Shown here in pieces: positions 47,111-61,299 of a DNA stretch of 64,000 nt. This stretch comes from Schmidtea polychroa (lineage: Eukaryota), in the NCBI GenBank assembly GCA_044892525.1, contig CM097885.1:41728001-41792000 (forward strand), written 5' to 3'. A program made the translations under genes and the position numbers. Position 1 is the stretch's first letter; each line of letters opens with the position of its first letter. The notes under the pieces are model-generated. The model saw nothing but the letters and a program-made list of their open reading frames with translations, was not told the origin of the DNA and ran no database searches.

Positions 47111-50100
47111 GTAAGTATTTTTGCTATTGGATTTGTTTAAATCAATCATTATCTTTTCGATGATTTCATAGAATTTATAGGAAATGATTATTTTTATCAA
47201 CTGCATATGTATGTAAATATCTAATGTCGTTTTCCGAGGAATTACTCATCAATCTCCTATAATTTATATTTTATTAATATTTTCTATTTTTTGTTTAAAT
47301 TGACATTTCCCCCGAAAATATGTTTTGAGCATGAGTCACAATTAATCAATAAAGCGATGTTTTTTTTTCTTTTTCCTTTGAATGATAAATAAATCCAATA
47401 ATATTTTGGTGATTTAATTGCAAATTTATTAATCAACAATTAAATTTATTAATCAACAACAATTACTAAAATGACAGTTTTAATTGAATTATTACAGACA
47501 TCATTATGAAAGAATTTATAATATATTTTGACACTTAAAAATGCTGATTCTGTCTAATAGTTAATTTTGATGCACTTTTGGTATTTGAAACCAAGAAAAA
47601 AAATGTGTCGAAGACAGAAGCAAATATATTGAGAGGTATGAGAGCCTTCAATTTTTTAGGGGCCAGAAGTACGATTGGAAAAATATTAAGTGTATTAAAA
47701 TAATATTAAATTTTTAAAAATCTTGTATGAACATTTAAACTCTGCTTAATGGGACATTTGGGGTTCCTGAACAATATTTTAACATTTTTTTTGTAACATC
47801 GGGCAAATGTGTCTATTTAAAAATGCCTAAGAAAGACGTGAAATATTATGTACAGATTGTCAATTTGATTATTTCAAATGATTTTACTTTGTAAAGAAAT
47901 ATATTCTCTCCATATTTTTTGACTGAAAATACTGAAAATACGTAAAATTTCAAAATAGCGATGTCGTAATGACACTAAGAATTTAATTTAAACAAAAATT
48001 GGATATTTCTAAAAAAAGAGTGGGGGTCATTCGACCAAAAAAATCAATCCTTTATATATATTTGTTATAAATTAAAAATAATTTTTATTAAAATAGTTAT
48101 AATTAGTAAATTTGTTAAAAAATCTATAATTTCTATACCTATTCTATTCTACCTGACGGTGACATGATAACTGTCAAAATATATTGTAAAATGAATGATA
48201 GAATATTGCAAATTTTATTTATTATATAATTACAAACTAGTAAATTTTAAAGTTTGTATGAATTTTTAAAAAAATTTATGAAATAATTGAATTGTGTCAA
48301 ATTTTCATCGAATAAGTATAAGATTAAATTTATAATATTGTCAGAGTTACTTTTCCGAGTTTACGAGTATTATTATGCCTTATTAAATTCATAAGAAATA
48401 TTATTATAATGTATAATTTGAAAATGTTAATATTTAAAATGTTAAAAAGTACTTAGATATGAAAATCATAAAAATTTAAGAAAAATAATCGGGTATAATA
48501 AAACAAATTTTGAAAAGTGCAATGAGAATCGACATTAAAGTTTTAAAAAAGAAAAAGAGGTTTCACCAAATCTAAAAATTAAATTGACAGAAACATATAC
48601 AAGATATTAAGAATTATAAAAGTAACCTTTAGTAAAAAAATGTAAAACATTAAAACAATTAACATTATTAAAATTCCAGGTGATACTAATAAATGAAAAC
48701 TTTATGTCTTTTCTGATTCTTCATCATTCATACTCTTTTTTTCATTATCGATGTAGGTCAGATATATATTAATTACCATAATTGTTTGTTTAAAACATCA
48801 AATGAAATATTCTCTTTTAGTTTTTGACACAGAAAATCATGTGATTAAAAAATATTTTTTTTATAACTAGTTATACACAATTTATGAAAAAATGTAAAAT
48901 TGTTTAAAATAAATAAAATAATTAATGGAATTATTAAATTAATAATTAAATTAAAATAATTAATATAATTATTTTTCGCAATTTTTTAAAATGTATTTTC
49001 CGTGATATAATAATAAAATGGATAATTAAATATAGATCTGATTGTGTTTGTTTTATTCCTTTTATTCATGATATGGTAATTATCCCGGGAAATCTGACAT
49101 GGGAATAATTAATTGTTAATTTGAGATCCAATCTTCCTGATATTCCTTTGGGTAATATTTATTTATTTCTAACCCGGTGTTGTTCAGATGGCAAATGAAT
49201 TTTCTTTCAAAAAATTTCTAATTTAATTTGCTTTATTTTAATTATCTGCACATGTATTTTCTTTATAAGCTAATTCCTTAATAAAATATAATCAACTTAC
49301 AAAATGAATTTGAAATGGTTTGGCTTCCATGGAGTTTAAATTTTATTATTTTTTGTTTAAATCCCTCGATTTTTTAAAAATTGTCAACCAGGTGACAATT
49401 TTTAAAATAACATTATTTTTATTGTTGTTTTCACTGAGAAAAATAGCAATTTCTTCTTTGAATGCTATTAAGGTTTTTGCTTATATTTTTTGACACAATA
49501 AAGGTCGATAGGAAAAAGAATTTTGCGTTGTGGATAACAATAGTAATTTCATTGTTTCACAAATAGTTGTATAAAATAGTTTCACTGTCCATTGTCATTT
49601 TGGATCCGGAAACTCATTTACTGATGTATTAATGATAAATCCCTTCCAAGGAATTCTTTTCATTGCTTTAATTTTTTGTCTATTATATTTTAATATTCTA
49701 AAGTGGTGATATTTATGAATTTAAAATAGTCAGTGTTTAAATTGAACTTTTTTTGTTTGTTTGATTATTGATTTTTAATTTTAGTCATATTTATTATTTA
49801 AAAGATATAATTATATTGTTTATAATTTAAAACTTATTAGTTTATAAAAACAACTTAATATCTTAGTTTAATTTTAGTTTGGCTTCTATTGAAGCCTTTG
49901 ACTACTATCATTACTAAATACTTTAGGTTGCAGTATTTAGTGGAAATATCTATGCATATAAACAATTTCTGATTTACTTGTGCACATTAGTAATATTCAC
50001 TAAAACCCCTTTTTGTGTCCCATGATGCGGATGTCATAGCTTAATACGTAGGTTAGGTCATTCGAAGTGTGTGAAAAACTGAATATGATTGAAATATTTG

Positions 50101-50178
50101 TTTACTATTTTATATTATTTTATTATTATTATTGTATTATAAGAACTTCTTTTCCAATTTCACCACTTATTTGTATTT

Positions 50179-50267
50179 ATTAAAAAGAGGTTGAAGACTA
50201 TAAATCAGTTAATATATCGATTTTCTTGATATATTTACTGATTTATAGTCTTCAAGCTCTTTTTAAT
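50179..50267. repeat. Hairpin made of two inverted copies of a short repeat also present at 59450-59500 (probable Penelope pseudo-LTR fragment)
   Basis: TAAAAAGAGGTTGAAGACTATAAATCAGTTAATATATCGA followed by its near-perfect reverse complement. Confidence 0.6.
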
Positions 50268-53069
50268 TATTATTATTATTATTAATATTATTATTATTAT
50301 TAAAGAAACACCTTTTTTAAAATATCCTTGGAAAATATTTAGACATGTTTTAGTAATTAATTACATTATTATATTATTACATTATTATTATGCGGAATCC
50401 AATATTGTATTAATAAATAAAGTACATGAGGTTAATGCATTTTTTATATTTGGGTTAAATGGTTTTATCATTATAAAATCTTACTAGTAATAAGTTGTCT
50501 ATTTTGAACTTACATGGCTTATTATGCTCAATAATGTTATTGTTTTCATTCAATCTGGCTCTTGAATTCATGTACAGAAATGACGAGCAGACTCTCCAAT
50601 GTACGTGACATCTATTACAGGTAAAACGATATTGAAATCAGAACATATACCAAATAATGTCACAAATGAACTTTACAAAGCTTTGAAATTATTTAAACAT
50701 TTATTCTCTAATATTTATTAAAAATAGCTTTTCTAAATTTTTTAAATATCCTCAGTAAAAGGTAAAATCGTTTGTAATTTTTTGCCTCAATGTCAAAATG
50801 CATTGAAAAAATGTATTGAAAAAATGTATTGAAAAAGTGGTGTTCTTTTATTTATATGAAAATATTACCAATTGTATTAAGTTATTAATATTTTTTAATA
50901 ATAATAAATTAAACACCTACAATAGCAGTTCTAACGTATGAATATTTATTTAAAATGGGACATCCTATAATTTCATTGCAATCTCCCTCAATGTGCACAT
51001 AATTTCTCATATTAAGTAAACAAGAAATATTTGTTGCTTTTATTCAAACAAAATATTTGAATTTTAAATATATTGTTACTAGTTATGAAAATTAATTTTT
51101 CTTTGCTGTAGTAAATGAAAATTTACGATGTATCGAAATATGAATCAATTTCTGTTACGGAAATCTGAACTTTCTTAAAATATTTATTAATTGTTAATGA
51201 AAGTATTTATTAATATATATTTTTAGATTATCTTTTAAATTTTTTTAACGTTTCAGATTCTAAATTCTTTGCCTCATTTTAATAATCTTAGTAAATTAAT
51301 TATCTTCCATATTAGTTATATTTCTTTTCGTAATAAATCTGATAATTATTTAAAGAAATTAATATAAAGAATTTAATTAATTATACCCTTACAAACCATA
51401 TATGTATAAATTAAACATCAATTCTTAAAGACCGAATAATAATTTTTTAATGGAATTGCAACAATAATAATATATTTTCCCATTTTAAACTAAAATATGT
51501 AATATGCCAGACATTTCCTCACTACCGCCATGCGGTAAAACAAATAAAAATCTTATTTCCTGACTTATATTAATCATCGGTAAAACTTAAGAAATATAAG
51601 ATATTATTTTCATACTGTTGAAAAATGCTCCAAGAGCTTATTACTGTGAAAACTATGGAATATTTTCCTCGGAACTTCGCCATTCTAAAATAATTTTCAC
51701 ACTTCACTTGTTGTTATAATGAATGAGATTAAATTATTTACTAATAAATCTTTATTTTTGTATCAATTTTATCCCTTTTAGTTTTTCTTCTGATTTTATG
51801 TTTATTTATTCTAATTGGTAAGGACTCTTGATAAATCTCGAACAGAATTTTTAATTTATCATTTAATATTTTTTAGAAAAATCGAATTTTTCTTGAATAT
51901 TTTCTTACCATCATTGCTATTTTATTCAAAATATTTTTGAAAGAAAAAGAACAATTTTCTAAATTATCCCTAAATATTGTTTGAGGACTTTAAAGCCAAT
52001 CCAATCATGTTTATGAAATTTATTGACAATTAATTTTTTATATATTTTTTATTTTATTTTTTTATTTTTTTTATTTTTATTTTCTTTACCATATTTTTTA
52101 TTTTCTTTCTCAATTTTCTTATTTTATTGACTTCAACTAAATAATATTTTCCTCTCTCAGATGTTTTCCCCCAACAGAATTGTAGAATAATTTAATATCA
52201 AATGATGAAAATCTTCTCCTAAGTGTATATCATCGTTTGTATAATTTCTCTCTAATTCGGTTCCTATCCATTTCTTAGACAATCGGTTTTCTAAAAACGA
52301 AAATTAGTGACAGTGACATAAAATTGGTAATAATTAATTCCGACTCATTTACTTTTATTTCTTACTCCGTTCACTAATCTGCACCCACCAGCGTCGGTAC
52401 GCAAGTATCTGCAACAGGAATTGTCGATAAAAATTATAATTAATAAATCTATATAATTGTTTCTGAAATCCAAGAAAAATTTATTCTTCTCAGGAGAGAA
52501 CTTAATTTGTTGTTTTTCGAATTACAAATTTTTAATCATATCGATTTTTTTTGCCAACGACTTTTTAAGAAAAATTATATTTGTTTGTTTGAATTGTAGC
52601 TTGAATTCTGGTTCGGTTATTTATTGATATTTTCGCAATCAAAAATACATTTAAATTGATTTCTAAATAGAGATTTATCAATAATCAAAATTAAATATTT
52701 AATGAGATAAGAATAAATTAATTTTCATTGAATAAATATTTTTTAATGATAAAAAATATAGAAAAATATTTGTTTTCCGAGTATTGATTTTGTATAATGT
52801 GTAAACTTTCAGTAACATGAGTCATGAGTTGATTTGTTTACAAATTTGATGGTTTTCAGAATTGTTTGGAGAAAAATATTTTTTTACAATTGCATAGCAG
52901 GAGGAGAAAAGAATAAATTCCCTCAGCACGAGTACAAGTAGCTGTAAATATTCTCTAAATTATTTTCAGGATATTACACAGAAATTTCATTTTATTTCTA
53001 TTCATTTATTTCTCATGTATTCTTTATACAACATTTTTTTTTGGTTTCCGTTGATAAAATATTTTAAGA

Positions 53070-53133
<64 letters not shown>

Positions 53134-53136
<3 letters not shown>

Positions 53137-53805
53137 ACAGAAACGCCAACTCAATAAATTCAACATAAACGCGATATATTTCAATTGTACAACAATCTTC
53201 GTCAGGCAGTAATCTGGATAATCAATAATAAGACATAAAATATGTAATATCTAAACAAATTAACTAATAATAATCATCTCCAAACTGTATCAAAAATTTT
53301 AAAAAATATTATTTCAAAAGGTTTAAGTAATTAGTGTGAACGAGTAACTTGTGAGGCATTGTTGATTAGATACTTAAATCCAAAAATAAATGATCAAGTT
53401 GCCCGTTCCACGGAGATTTTGAACGTGTTTAAGTAATTGAAGGTTGAAGGTTGGGAGTCGTGTTTGTGGTATAATTATGTTTGTGTTTTGTAAACTATAT
53501 AATTTTTTAAATTTGTTAATTTTATGTTGAATATTAAATGTTATTAAATTAAAATTTTATTTTTAAAATAATATGTATGTGGGGCTTTTTTTTATATGGT
53601 TTGGTTTTAAAAAAAAAAAAATATTTAAATATTTTTTAAAATTTTTGATACAGTTTGGAGATGATTATTATTAGTTAATTTGTTTAGATATTGCATATTT
53701 TATGTCTTATTGATTATCCAGATTGCTGCCTGACGAAGATTGTTGTACAATTGAAATATATCGCGTTTATGTTGAATTTATTGAGTTGGCGTTTTTGTAT
53801 TATTA
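53134..53805 (+). mobile_element. 5'-truncated Penelope-like element with inverted pseudo-LTR, inserted in (ATT)n
   Basis: About 175-bp inverted repeats (53134-53310 vs 53629-53802) enclose ERVTCEALLIRYLNPKINDQ...VFK*, the GIY-YIG C-terminal E..LI...P.IN motif. Flanked by ATT runs on both sides. Confidence 0.8.
53727..53765 (+). ncRNA. Minimal hammerhead-ribozyme-like motif in the Penelope pseudo-LTR
   Basis: UGC-CUGACGA-A-GAUUGU(UGU)ACAAUU-GAAA-UAUA-UC-GCG: core boxes CUGANGA and GAAA, stem II, palindromic minimal stem III, AUC site, 3-bp stem I. Inverted copy at ~53170-53208. Confidence 0.55.
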
Positions 53806-53830
53806 AATCATTGCCACGTTTTTGTGATTA

Positions 53831-53957
<127 letters not shown>

Positions 53958-54043
53958 TGATATTTAAAATTTATCATTTTATTGAAAAGCATGGGAAAGA
54001 GAATTAAAAAATTGGCAAAAATTATTAGATGTACTTTTTAAGT

Positions 54044-54165
54044 ATCAAGCCAACTTCAACAAACGTCAAACGTGTATTTTCATTTTATGGAAACTTTTCT
54101 ACAAAAAACCGTTCTAGCTTTTCTGGCACATCATTAAATACATTGGTATTGTTAAAATTTTATTA
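54044..54165 (+). mobile_element. hAT transposase C-terminal (dimerization) relic
   Basis: IKPTSTNVKRVFSFYGNFSTKNRSSFSGTSLNTLVLLKFYY resembles PTSxxxERxFS...R..L. Confidence 0.6.
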
Positions 54166-56675
54166 CCATAAAAAAGTAGTTTGTGTTATTGGTATGATAT
54201 AATTTTAAATGTATGGCAATATGAAAAATAAATGATTTAAAAAACACTTGAAAAAAATTTACAAAAATTTTTTTTGTAATTTTTAAAATTACATAAATAT
54301 ATGAAATTTGTGACTATTGAGGACTTGACAGTCGAAATATATATAAAAAATCTGCAAACCAGTTGTTCTTTAAATTAAATTATTCATTAAATTAAATTAT
54401 TTGATTAAATTAAATTATTCAAATAACTATTTTTATTATTATTAAATTCATTAAAAAAATCAATTCTAATAATAAAATACAATTATTGATTTGTAAAAAA
54501 TAAATAATTTAGTAATTGATATATTCATACAATAATGAATTGATCAATTGGTTAATATTTTGAGAAATGTCAATTTAAACAAAAAATAAATGATTTCCCT
54601 TAAATTGTGATTTATTATCAATGAAAATACATTTTTTATTGGTTAACTGAAATCAAAGTAAAATTTTCTTTAATTTTTTAATGGAGATTTTCGTTTCAAA
54701 AATCAATTATTTCACTGAAAAAGTTATTTAATTTCATAATTTTATAATAGCTTTTTATTTCTTTTAATTTCTATTACAAAAGATTTTTCACGTGTACTTT
54801 TCGTTGGTTAAATTTTGTTTCAATTAATAAAATTGGTTTTTAAAATAATATGAGTAGTAAATGAATAATTGTATTTTAATAAATTTTTTGACGGTTTTAT
54901 TTTTCTTTTTCTAATATTATAAGTAAATTCAAACAAAATTAATAATTAATATTTTAAATCATATATTCAATCATTTTTAATGGTGATGTGTGAATTGATT
55001 GACGGTTTTGTGAATATTTTAATGAAATATATTCCAAAGCTGTTTGAATTATCATATTGGATATTATTATTTAATGATGACGATTTGCCTTTCCATTGCC
55101 AATTTGTTGATGCTGTGTGATGGACAGCTCCTATGGGATTGTTGAGTTTACGTAATCTTTATGGATGACATATGGTAGATTCGACCACCATTGTCATTTG
55201 GATATAAATAATCTTTGCTAAAGAAGTATATTTTTTATGAAATCTCAATTAAGTTTTTCTCTGAAATTTTTAAAGTTTGGCATTGAGTTGATGAATGTTG
55301 ATGAATGAAGTCTCCCTAATTTTCCTAAACTATATGGATACCATAGAAGTTTAATCCAATATCATACAAATTTAATCTTTTTATTTCCCAGTTGATCATA
55401 AAGGCTTTATTTTAATATTATTCTGTTTATTATTCAGTTTGGTTAGTGTGATTCGTTTTCATTGCTGAGCACTTTGGCCATATATGTAAATGACGGATTC
55501 TTCACATTAAAAACCCCAATAAAAATTATTGTTTTCGTTGGAAATATGCACTTCTTTAATCATAGGGCTGACATTCCATAAACTGTCAACTAAATAACTA
55601 CCAAGCTCATGAAGTTCAGATAATAACACAAAGAGCATCAAATATCGTATGAACAGTGTATTTTCACTCCTCTTTTTATCCTTCTGCGATTTAGTAACAT
55701 GAAAGTTTCAATTGATTTGAAATAATTTCTGGCTAGAAAATTCACCCACGGCTTGAAATATCCTCCAGTATTGAATCATTGAGTTTTAGAATGCTTGAAA
55801 TAACCTTCACTTCCAGCACTTCGACCTCAACTTTTGTATCATTTGTCATATCAACAAGCCGTGATTTGAATCCATTAGTGGAAAGTTCCAAACTTCGGAG
55901 TGAAATAATAATTGTTTGTGATTTTTTATTTGCTAGATATTGATAAACATATTAAATTTTAACTACTCAATCAAGATGGCTGCCACGTCCTAACCAATCT
56001 TGATACCCTCAATTTTGAACTAGAAGATATTTCTGATCACAATGAATTTGATTTATTTTGAAAATGTTACCTGAAATAAACTGAAAAGGTTTTCCTTTAA
56101 AAAAGTTACAAAGAAATTATATTTTTTATTTTCTTTTAATTTTTTAAATTAATGAAATAAATTTCATAAATTATTTTACCAGTTAAACATATTTTTTATA
56201 AATTCTGTTTACATATTTCTCTATTTGGTTTCTCTGACATTCTTTAAATACACTTGGGAAGCTTATATTTTTAATTCCTTTTACAACTTTTGAATTCATT
56301 TGTTCATTAAAAACGACAAATACTTTTGTTATATGATCTTTAAATATATGACTTGTCACTCCTAGAGGATTCACAAGTTATCTTAAAGTTTATACATCTA
56401 ATGCTTCACATTTATAGAGTAAATTTTTATTTCTAATTAATTTCTATTATTGACAAAGTACGAATTAATCAAATTTCTATCTTTAAATTAATTTTTTATT
56501 TTATATAATAATTTAATAGGAAGTTGCCATGACATTTTTGTGAAGAAGAAAACTGAAAAATGAAAATTAAATTTATTATTATTATTATTTAAAACAATGA
56601 AGTGATAATTTAAGTTGATATTTTCACTTTATTGTCTTAAATAATAAATGCTGCTACCAAGAAATCATCACTTTA

Positions 56676-56760
<85 letters not shown>

Positions 56761-57287
56761 TAAAACACTAAAATGATAATTTAAGCCTTTTGCTGCAAAT
56801 AATGTATTTAATGAAAGAATTTTCGACTATACGATAGTCCTTTATTATTATTTTATATAATTTTTTACTTTTCAAAACTTATTAAGTCGAATAATTTAGA
56901 CTTTATCATCTGATTTTATCAACCTGTTTTTTTAATGAAAAATTTAGCGTCGTAAATAAATATATCTGCAGAAATTTTAAATTATTTTTCATTTTCAATT
57001 TATTTTTATCGCTAACATAATTAATAAATTTTTCAATGATTTCATAAATAATAAATGTACAAAATTCAATGAAAATAAATTTTTGATTATGTCGAAAATG
57101 ACTATTTACATTTATCTATTCATGAAATTCATGAAGTTTACATGTTTGAATATTGTTACGAAAACTTTTAATATGTATTTTTTTATAAAATACATTAGAA
57201 ATTCTCGGAGAATATTTTTAATAGGTTTTATTCTCTTTCTAAGTTAAAGATATATTTTAAACGCACCTTAAAATATTATTATTATTG

Positions 57288-57374
<87 letters not shown>

Positions 57375-57393
57375 ATAATAAAATATTTTTTAG

Positions 57394-57453
57394 ACAGGAT
57401 AGTGAAGAATGCGTGCCACGATACAAAGTAGCTCGGTTGAAAATTATGTGCAG
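57394..57453 (+). CDS. TMEM132: TMEM132-like gene, coding exon 5 (60 bp)
   Basis: ttttag|A CAG GAT...: QDSEECVPRYKVARLKIMCR, phase 2 on both sides; resembles the TMEM132 CxxxYQxAxV block. Confidence 0.75.
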
Positions 57454-57504
57454 GTTAGTTGTTTATTCATACTATTTTCTAAGATCTAAATTTCTCTATT
57501 CAGA

Positions 57505-57540
<36 letters not shown>

Positions 57541-57639
57541 CTAAAACAAAATAACAGTCATAGAAACTTGCTTTTGTAAATAACTTGTCTTAAAAGGACC
57601 AAGTATACACTTTATGACTAGTGTATTAATTTTGTCATT

Positions 57640-57925
57640 TGATTTGCTCACGGTTGGATGACTCTTTTTCTTAAAACTTCTATAATGGGGTTTAACAGCT
57701 CAAAATTCATAAATCTAGAAGTTGCAAGACAACTGTGTAATTTGGAGGAACAAATTCAACTTTTATATGTCCTAATATTGTTAGCACTTGTGCTGAACAG
57801 AAGTTAATTAAGAGCGGAATTTTTCTTTTTTTGAAATCTTGATTTGACAAACCAAACTTTTCAACCATTCAACAAATATTTTTCGGGACTAAATCCTTCG
57901 TTATATCCGTATTCTTCATAATGTC
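57640..57925 (-). mobile_element. pogo/Tigger DDE relic
   Basis: KIPLLINFCSAQ...HIKVEFVPPNYTVVLQLLDL resembles KILLLIDNCSAH..IKVEFLPPNTTSVLQPLD. Confidence 0.65.
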
Positions 57926-58364
57926 ATTTCACTGTAGTGTTAAATAGATAAATTTATTATTTTTAATATAGAGAAAGAAATGAGAAAAATTATATTTTAA
58001 AGTCATCGATGACAATATTTAATTAAACTTTCCTTTATCGTTATTTCTTTTTAGATTATAAGACATTGATCTATAGTTGAAAATGAAACGATTATATAAA
58101 TGAAATTTTAATTGGAAATAGATCAAAAGTGAAAAATATAAATGATTTTACAAATTATATTTAAATTAATCAAATTAAAATTTTATTGAAAAATGTTACC
58201 ATTTGAATTTATTAATCTGGTTTTCCCAAAAGTATTAAATAATGCACTAATCAAATTATTATATATATTTGAAGTTGTGGTTAAAATATTTCCCACATAA
58301 AATATTTTATTAAAATCTTTAATTTCCAAAATATTCTGTCATTTTAAGTTGTTATATTTTCTAG

Positions 58365-59082
58365 ACTTTTCCTGATTGAAGAAACGGGAGAAAAGCGTTA
58401 CATAGGTACTGAAGACGATGATAGAAATCAAATCCCTTACATTGATGTTACTGCAAATACAAAGTTAAATCAAATAAAGTTTTATCCAGAAGATATTTTT
58501 TCAATAGAAAAATCTATGAACCAGGAATACTTTTTCATAACAGCCAAGCAAGCTGGAAAATCTTCAAATATCAAATTATTTTCTGAATATTCTCAAATGT
58601 CTCTTACATCTATACAAATATCAGCTGATCAACAATATATATCAGTGGTCGATCTGATAGTCAACTGCATCGACGTATTGTCCCTAGTTCAACAAAACCG
58701 ATCAGCAAAGTCGATCCATAGACCATCCGATTACAAATCGATCACTGTGTCATTGACCTCAATGTCACCTAGTAAACCTTGTTATCTCATTGTATTTTTA
58801 AAGTTCAGTGACGGCTCCATTGAACGGCTATCATTGGTTAATATTACACAATATCGCTTATCTCTAACAAATTCTGATTCTGATATTTTTATTGGCAAAA
58901 TAACAGACAATCAATTAGTAACTGTCAGGCATATGCCTCATGTCAATATGTCTCTGTATGAAGACTACTCCTGTAATCCAACTCGTTTGATTTTCAGTAA
59001 AAAAATTGAATGGGTTACAGTTGAACCGTCGAATAACATCATTCCCAACACTTTGCCATTGTCATCGACATTATATACAACA
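58365..59082 (+). CDS. TMEM132: TMEM132-like gene, coding exon 6
   Basis: ttttctag| acceptor; YIDVT and LKFSDGSIERL are TMEM132-type motifs; donor ACA|GTAAGT. Confidence 0.85.
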
Positions 59083-59329
59083 GTAAGTTCATATTATTAT
59101 TTTTTAAAACTTTTATTATCACTATGTAACGTGTCTGATTAATCTTTTTTGACATTATTTCCGCAACAATGATTCGACCTTTAAGATATGTAAATGTACT
59201 GCAAGGTTTTTTAATCATTTATCATCAGCTTTACTTTAATCATATGATTCACTTGAAATTTTATTTAAAACTTTTTATTTTCGTTCTGTAATATTTATTA
59301 TTTATTGTTATGGAGGTTGATATAATAAT

Positions 59330-59423
<94 letters not shown>

Positions 59424-59542
59424 GTAATTATAATAATAATAATAATTTATTAAAAAGAGAGTTTGAAGACTATAAATCAGTAATATATCGATGTTTTTTG
59501 ATACTCACGAATTTTCGGCACTGCCTTTTTCAAATGAATTTC

Positions 59543-59617
<75 letters not shown>

Positions 59618-59650
59618 GGTACAAATAAATAATTTTATAAATTTTTTTAG

Positions 59651-60355
59651 ATTTCCAAACATAAAACCAAATCGTCACTAATTAATGAAGAAGCAATATC
59701 TTCTATTAACCTTGTCCACATATCCATTTATATTTGTACCGGTTTTGTCGTTTGTATTTTCATTGGTTGCGTGCTTTTCAAATTGATTTGTTATCGCAAT
59801 GGCCACGAATCAAATGTTGAAGACGGAGATGGATCAACAAACTATCAACGATCTGCGTCTGGATTCTTGGAAGATCCAAATCTCAAAGTTCAAGTGAGAT
59901 CATCGAACAATAAAAACTTTTCGGTATTAGGTAAATGCTCGACCAATTGCTTGAGGCAAAATACTAACAAAACTCACAACAATGAACCATATCCTCCATT
60001 GTTGCCACCTCCTGGACCGATTGCTACTAACTATGATTTGACTTTATCGGAACCGGTATGCAATGAGTCGGCTGTGGATTCAGGAATTGAGCTTGGGAAA
60101 CTGTCGAGTTACTCTTCAAATACTTGTCCGTCAAATGATTTGTGCTGTACAATTGATCTTTATCCTTCGTGTTCAGGCACTGATGATTCATTGATGCATC
60201 AACCATACCAAAGCGGGCACTTTGTTAATCCCATGATTGGGTTTTATCCTGGAAAAGGACTTCATGAGTCTGAAATTCAGTATCAGGAATCAATGATGTT
60301 GTCGTCACTGAATTCTACTAAAAATATATCAAATCTCCGACATCCTTATTGGTAA
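59651..60355 (+). CDS. TMEM132: TMEM132-like gene, last coding exon (TM helix and cytoplasmic tail)
   Basis: tttttag|ATT phase 0; TM ISIYICTGFVVCIFIGCVLFKLIC; stop at 60355; AATAAA at 60431. The seven exons sum to 2964 nt = 987 aa plus stop. Confidence 0.83.
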   Translation: MSKHKTKSSLINEEAISSINLVHISIYICTGFVVCIFIGCVLFKLICYRNGHESNVEDGDGSTNYQRSASGFLEDPNLKVQVRSSNNKNFSVLGKCSTNCLRQNTNKTHNNEPYPPLLPPPGPIATNYDLTLSEPVCNESAVDSGIELGKLSSYSSNTCPSNDLCCTIDLYPSCSGTDDSLMHQPYQSGHFVNPMIGFYPGKGLHESEIQYQESMMLSSLNSTKNISNLRHPYW

Positions 60356-60894
60356 AACCTCATTCCATAGCCAATCGTGTGCATTTATTTTCTTCTTCTT
60401 AAGAGTCTTTCAAGGTTTTGAAAACTTGAAAATAAAATCATTTCACAACAAAAAATGGATTTATTTTTTTATTTTGTGTACCAATTCTTCATTTTTAGAA
60501 AGTTCAATATTGATTTGTATAGATTGTGTGAGAATTGTTTTGTATAAATAAATAATTAATATTGTTTTAATATGATCTAGAAATAATAGGTTGTTCTTTG
60601 CTTTCGTTTTCATTTTTGTGCTAATTTAGTTGGTTGATTAATAAGTATAGTAACCGAGGATCATGTTGTAGGGGCCTGATATTTATCAATTTTATGAGAT
60701 TCATTGAATTATAAATCTTTTAATTAACTCTTAGAAAATAGTTTTCGTACTACGTAAGACCCTCCACCGGCCGTCCAGAATATAAAATGGGTTTCAAGTA
60801 GAGAGAAGTCTTGGCAACGAAGCTCACCTGTCTACTAACACCCAATTACTGTATACAATACCAAAATGGTCTATAGTTTTCAATGATCATGAAG

Positions 60895-61098
60895 TCGTCT
60901 TCCAATGGATCACCTCTTTTTTTCCTATAGACATTTTCTCAGTACCACCCAATATAGGGATTTATTAATAATTGTAAAATTAAAACAATAAGTTGTTTTA
61001 ATTTTACAATTATTAATAAATCCCTATATTGGGTGGTACTGAGAAAATGTCTATAGAAATGTCTATAGGAAAAAAGGAGGTGATCCATTGGAAGACGA
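60895..61098. repeat. Near-perfect ~200-bp palindrome
   Basis: Left arm of ~94 bp from TCGTCTTCCAATGGATCACC, 4-nt loop TAAG (60989-60992), right arm with a 12-bp duplication AAATGTCTATAG. Confidence 0.92.
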
Positions 61099-61299
61099 GA
61101 TTTAATTAACTGACCATAAATGAATAATAAAATGTAATTTAATTTTAAAACTTTTTACATTCCCATTTTCTAATCTTTTATTTCGACTTCCATTTCGATA
61201 ACTTTATTTTTTGAACCATTTATTAATTTTTCAATTTCTTAATTTTATTTGTCAGTTACTGACTTCGTTGTCATAATTTTTAATTTTTTCAAAGATATC

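Noticed and set aside
50578..50620. Candidate extra exon (cag|...ACAG|GTAAAA) in TMEM132-like intron 4
   Set aside because: Contains a stop in the required phase; exons 4 and 5 already join in frame.
55060..55990. Coding-like degenerate segment on the minus strand
   Set aside because: Likely an old DNA-transposon relic, but too decayed to assign.
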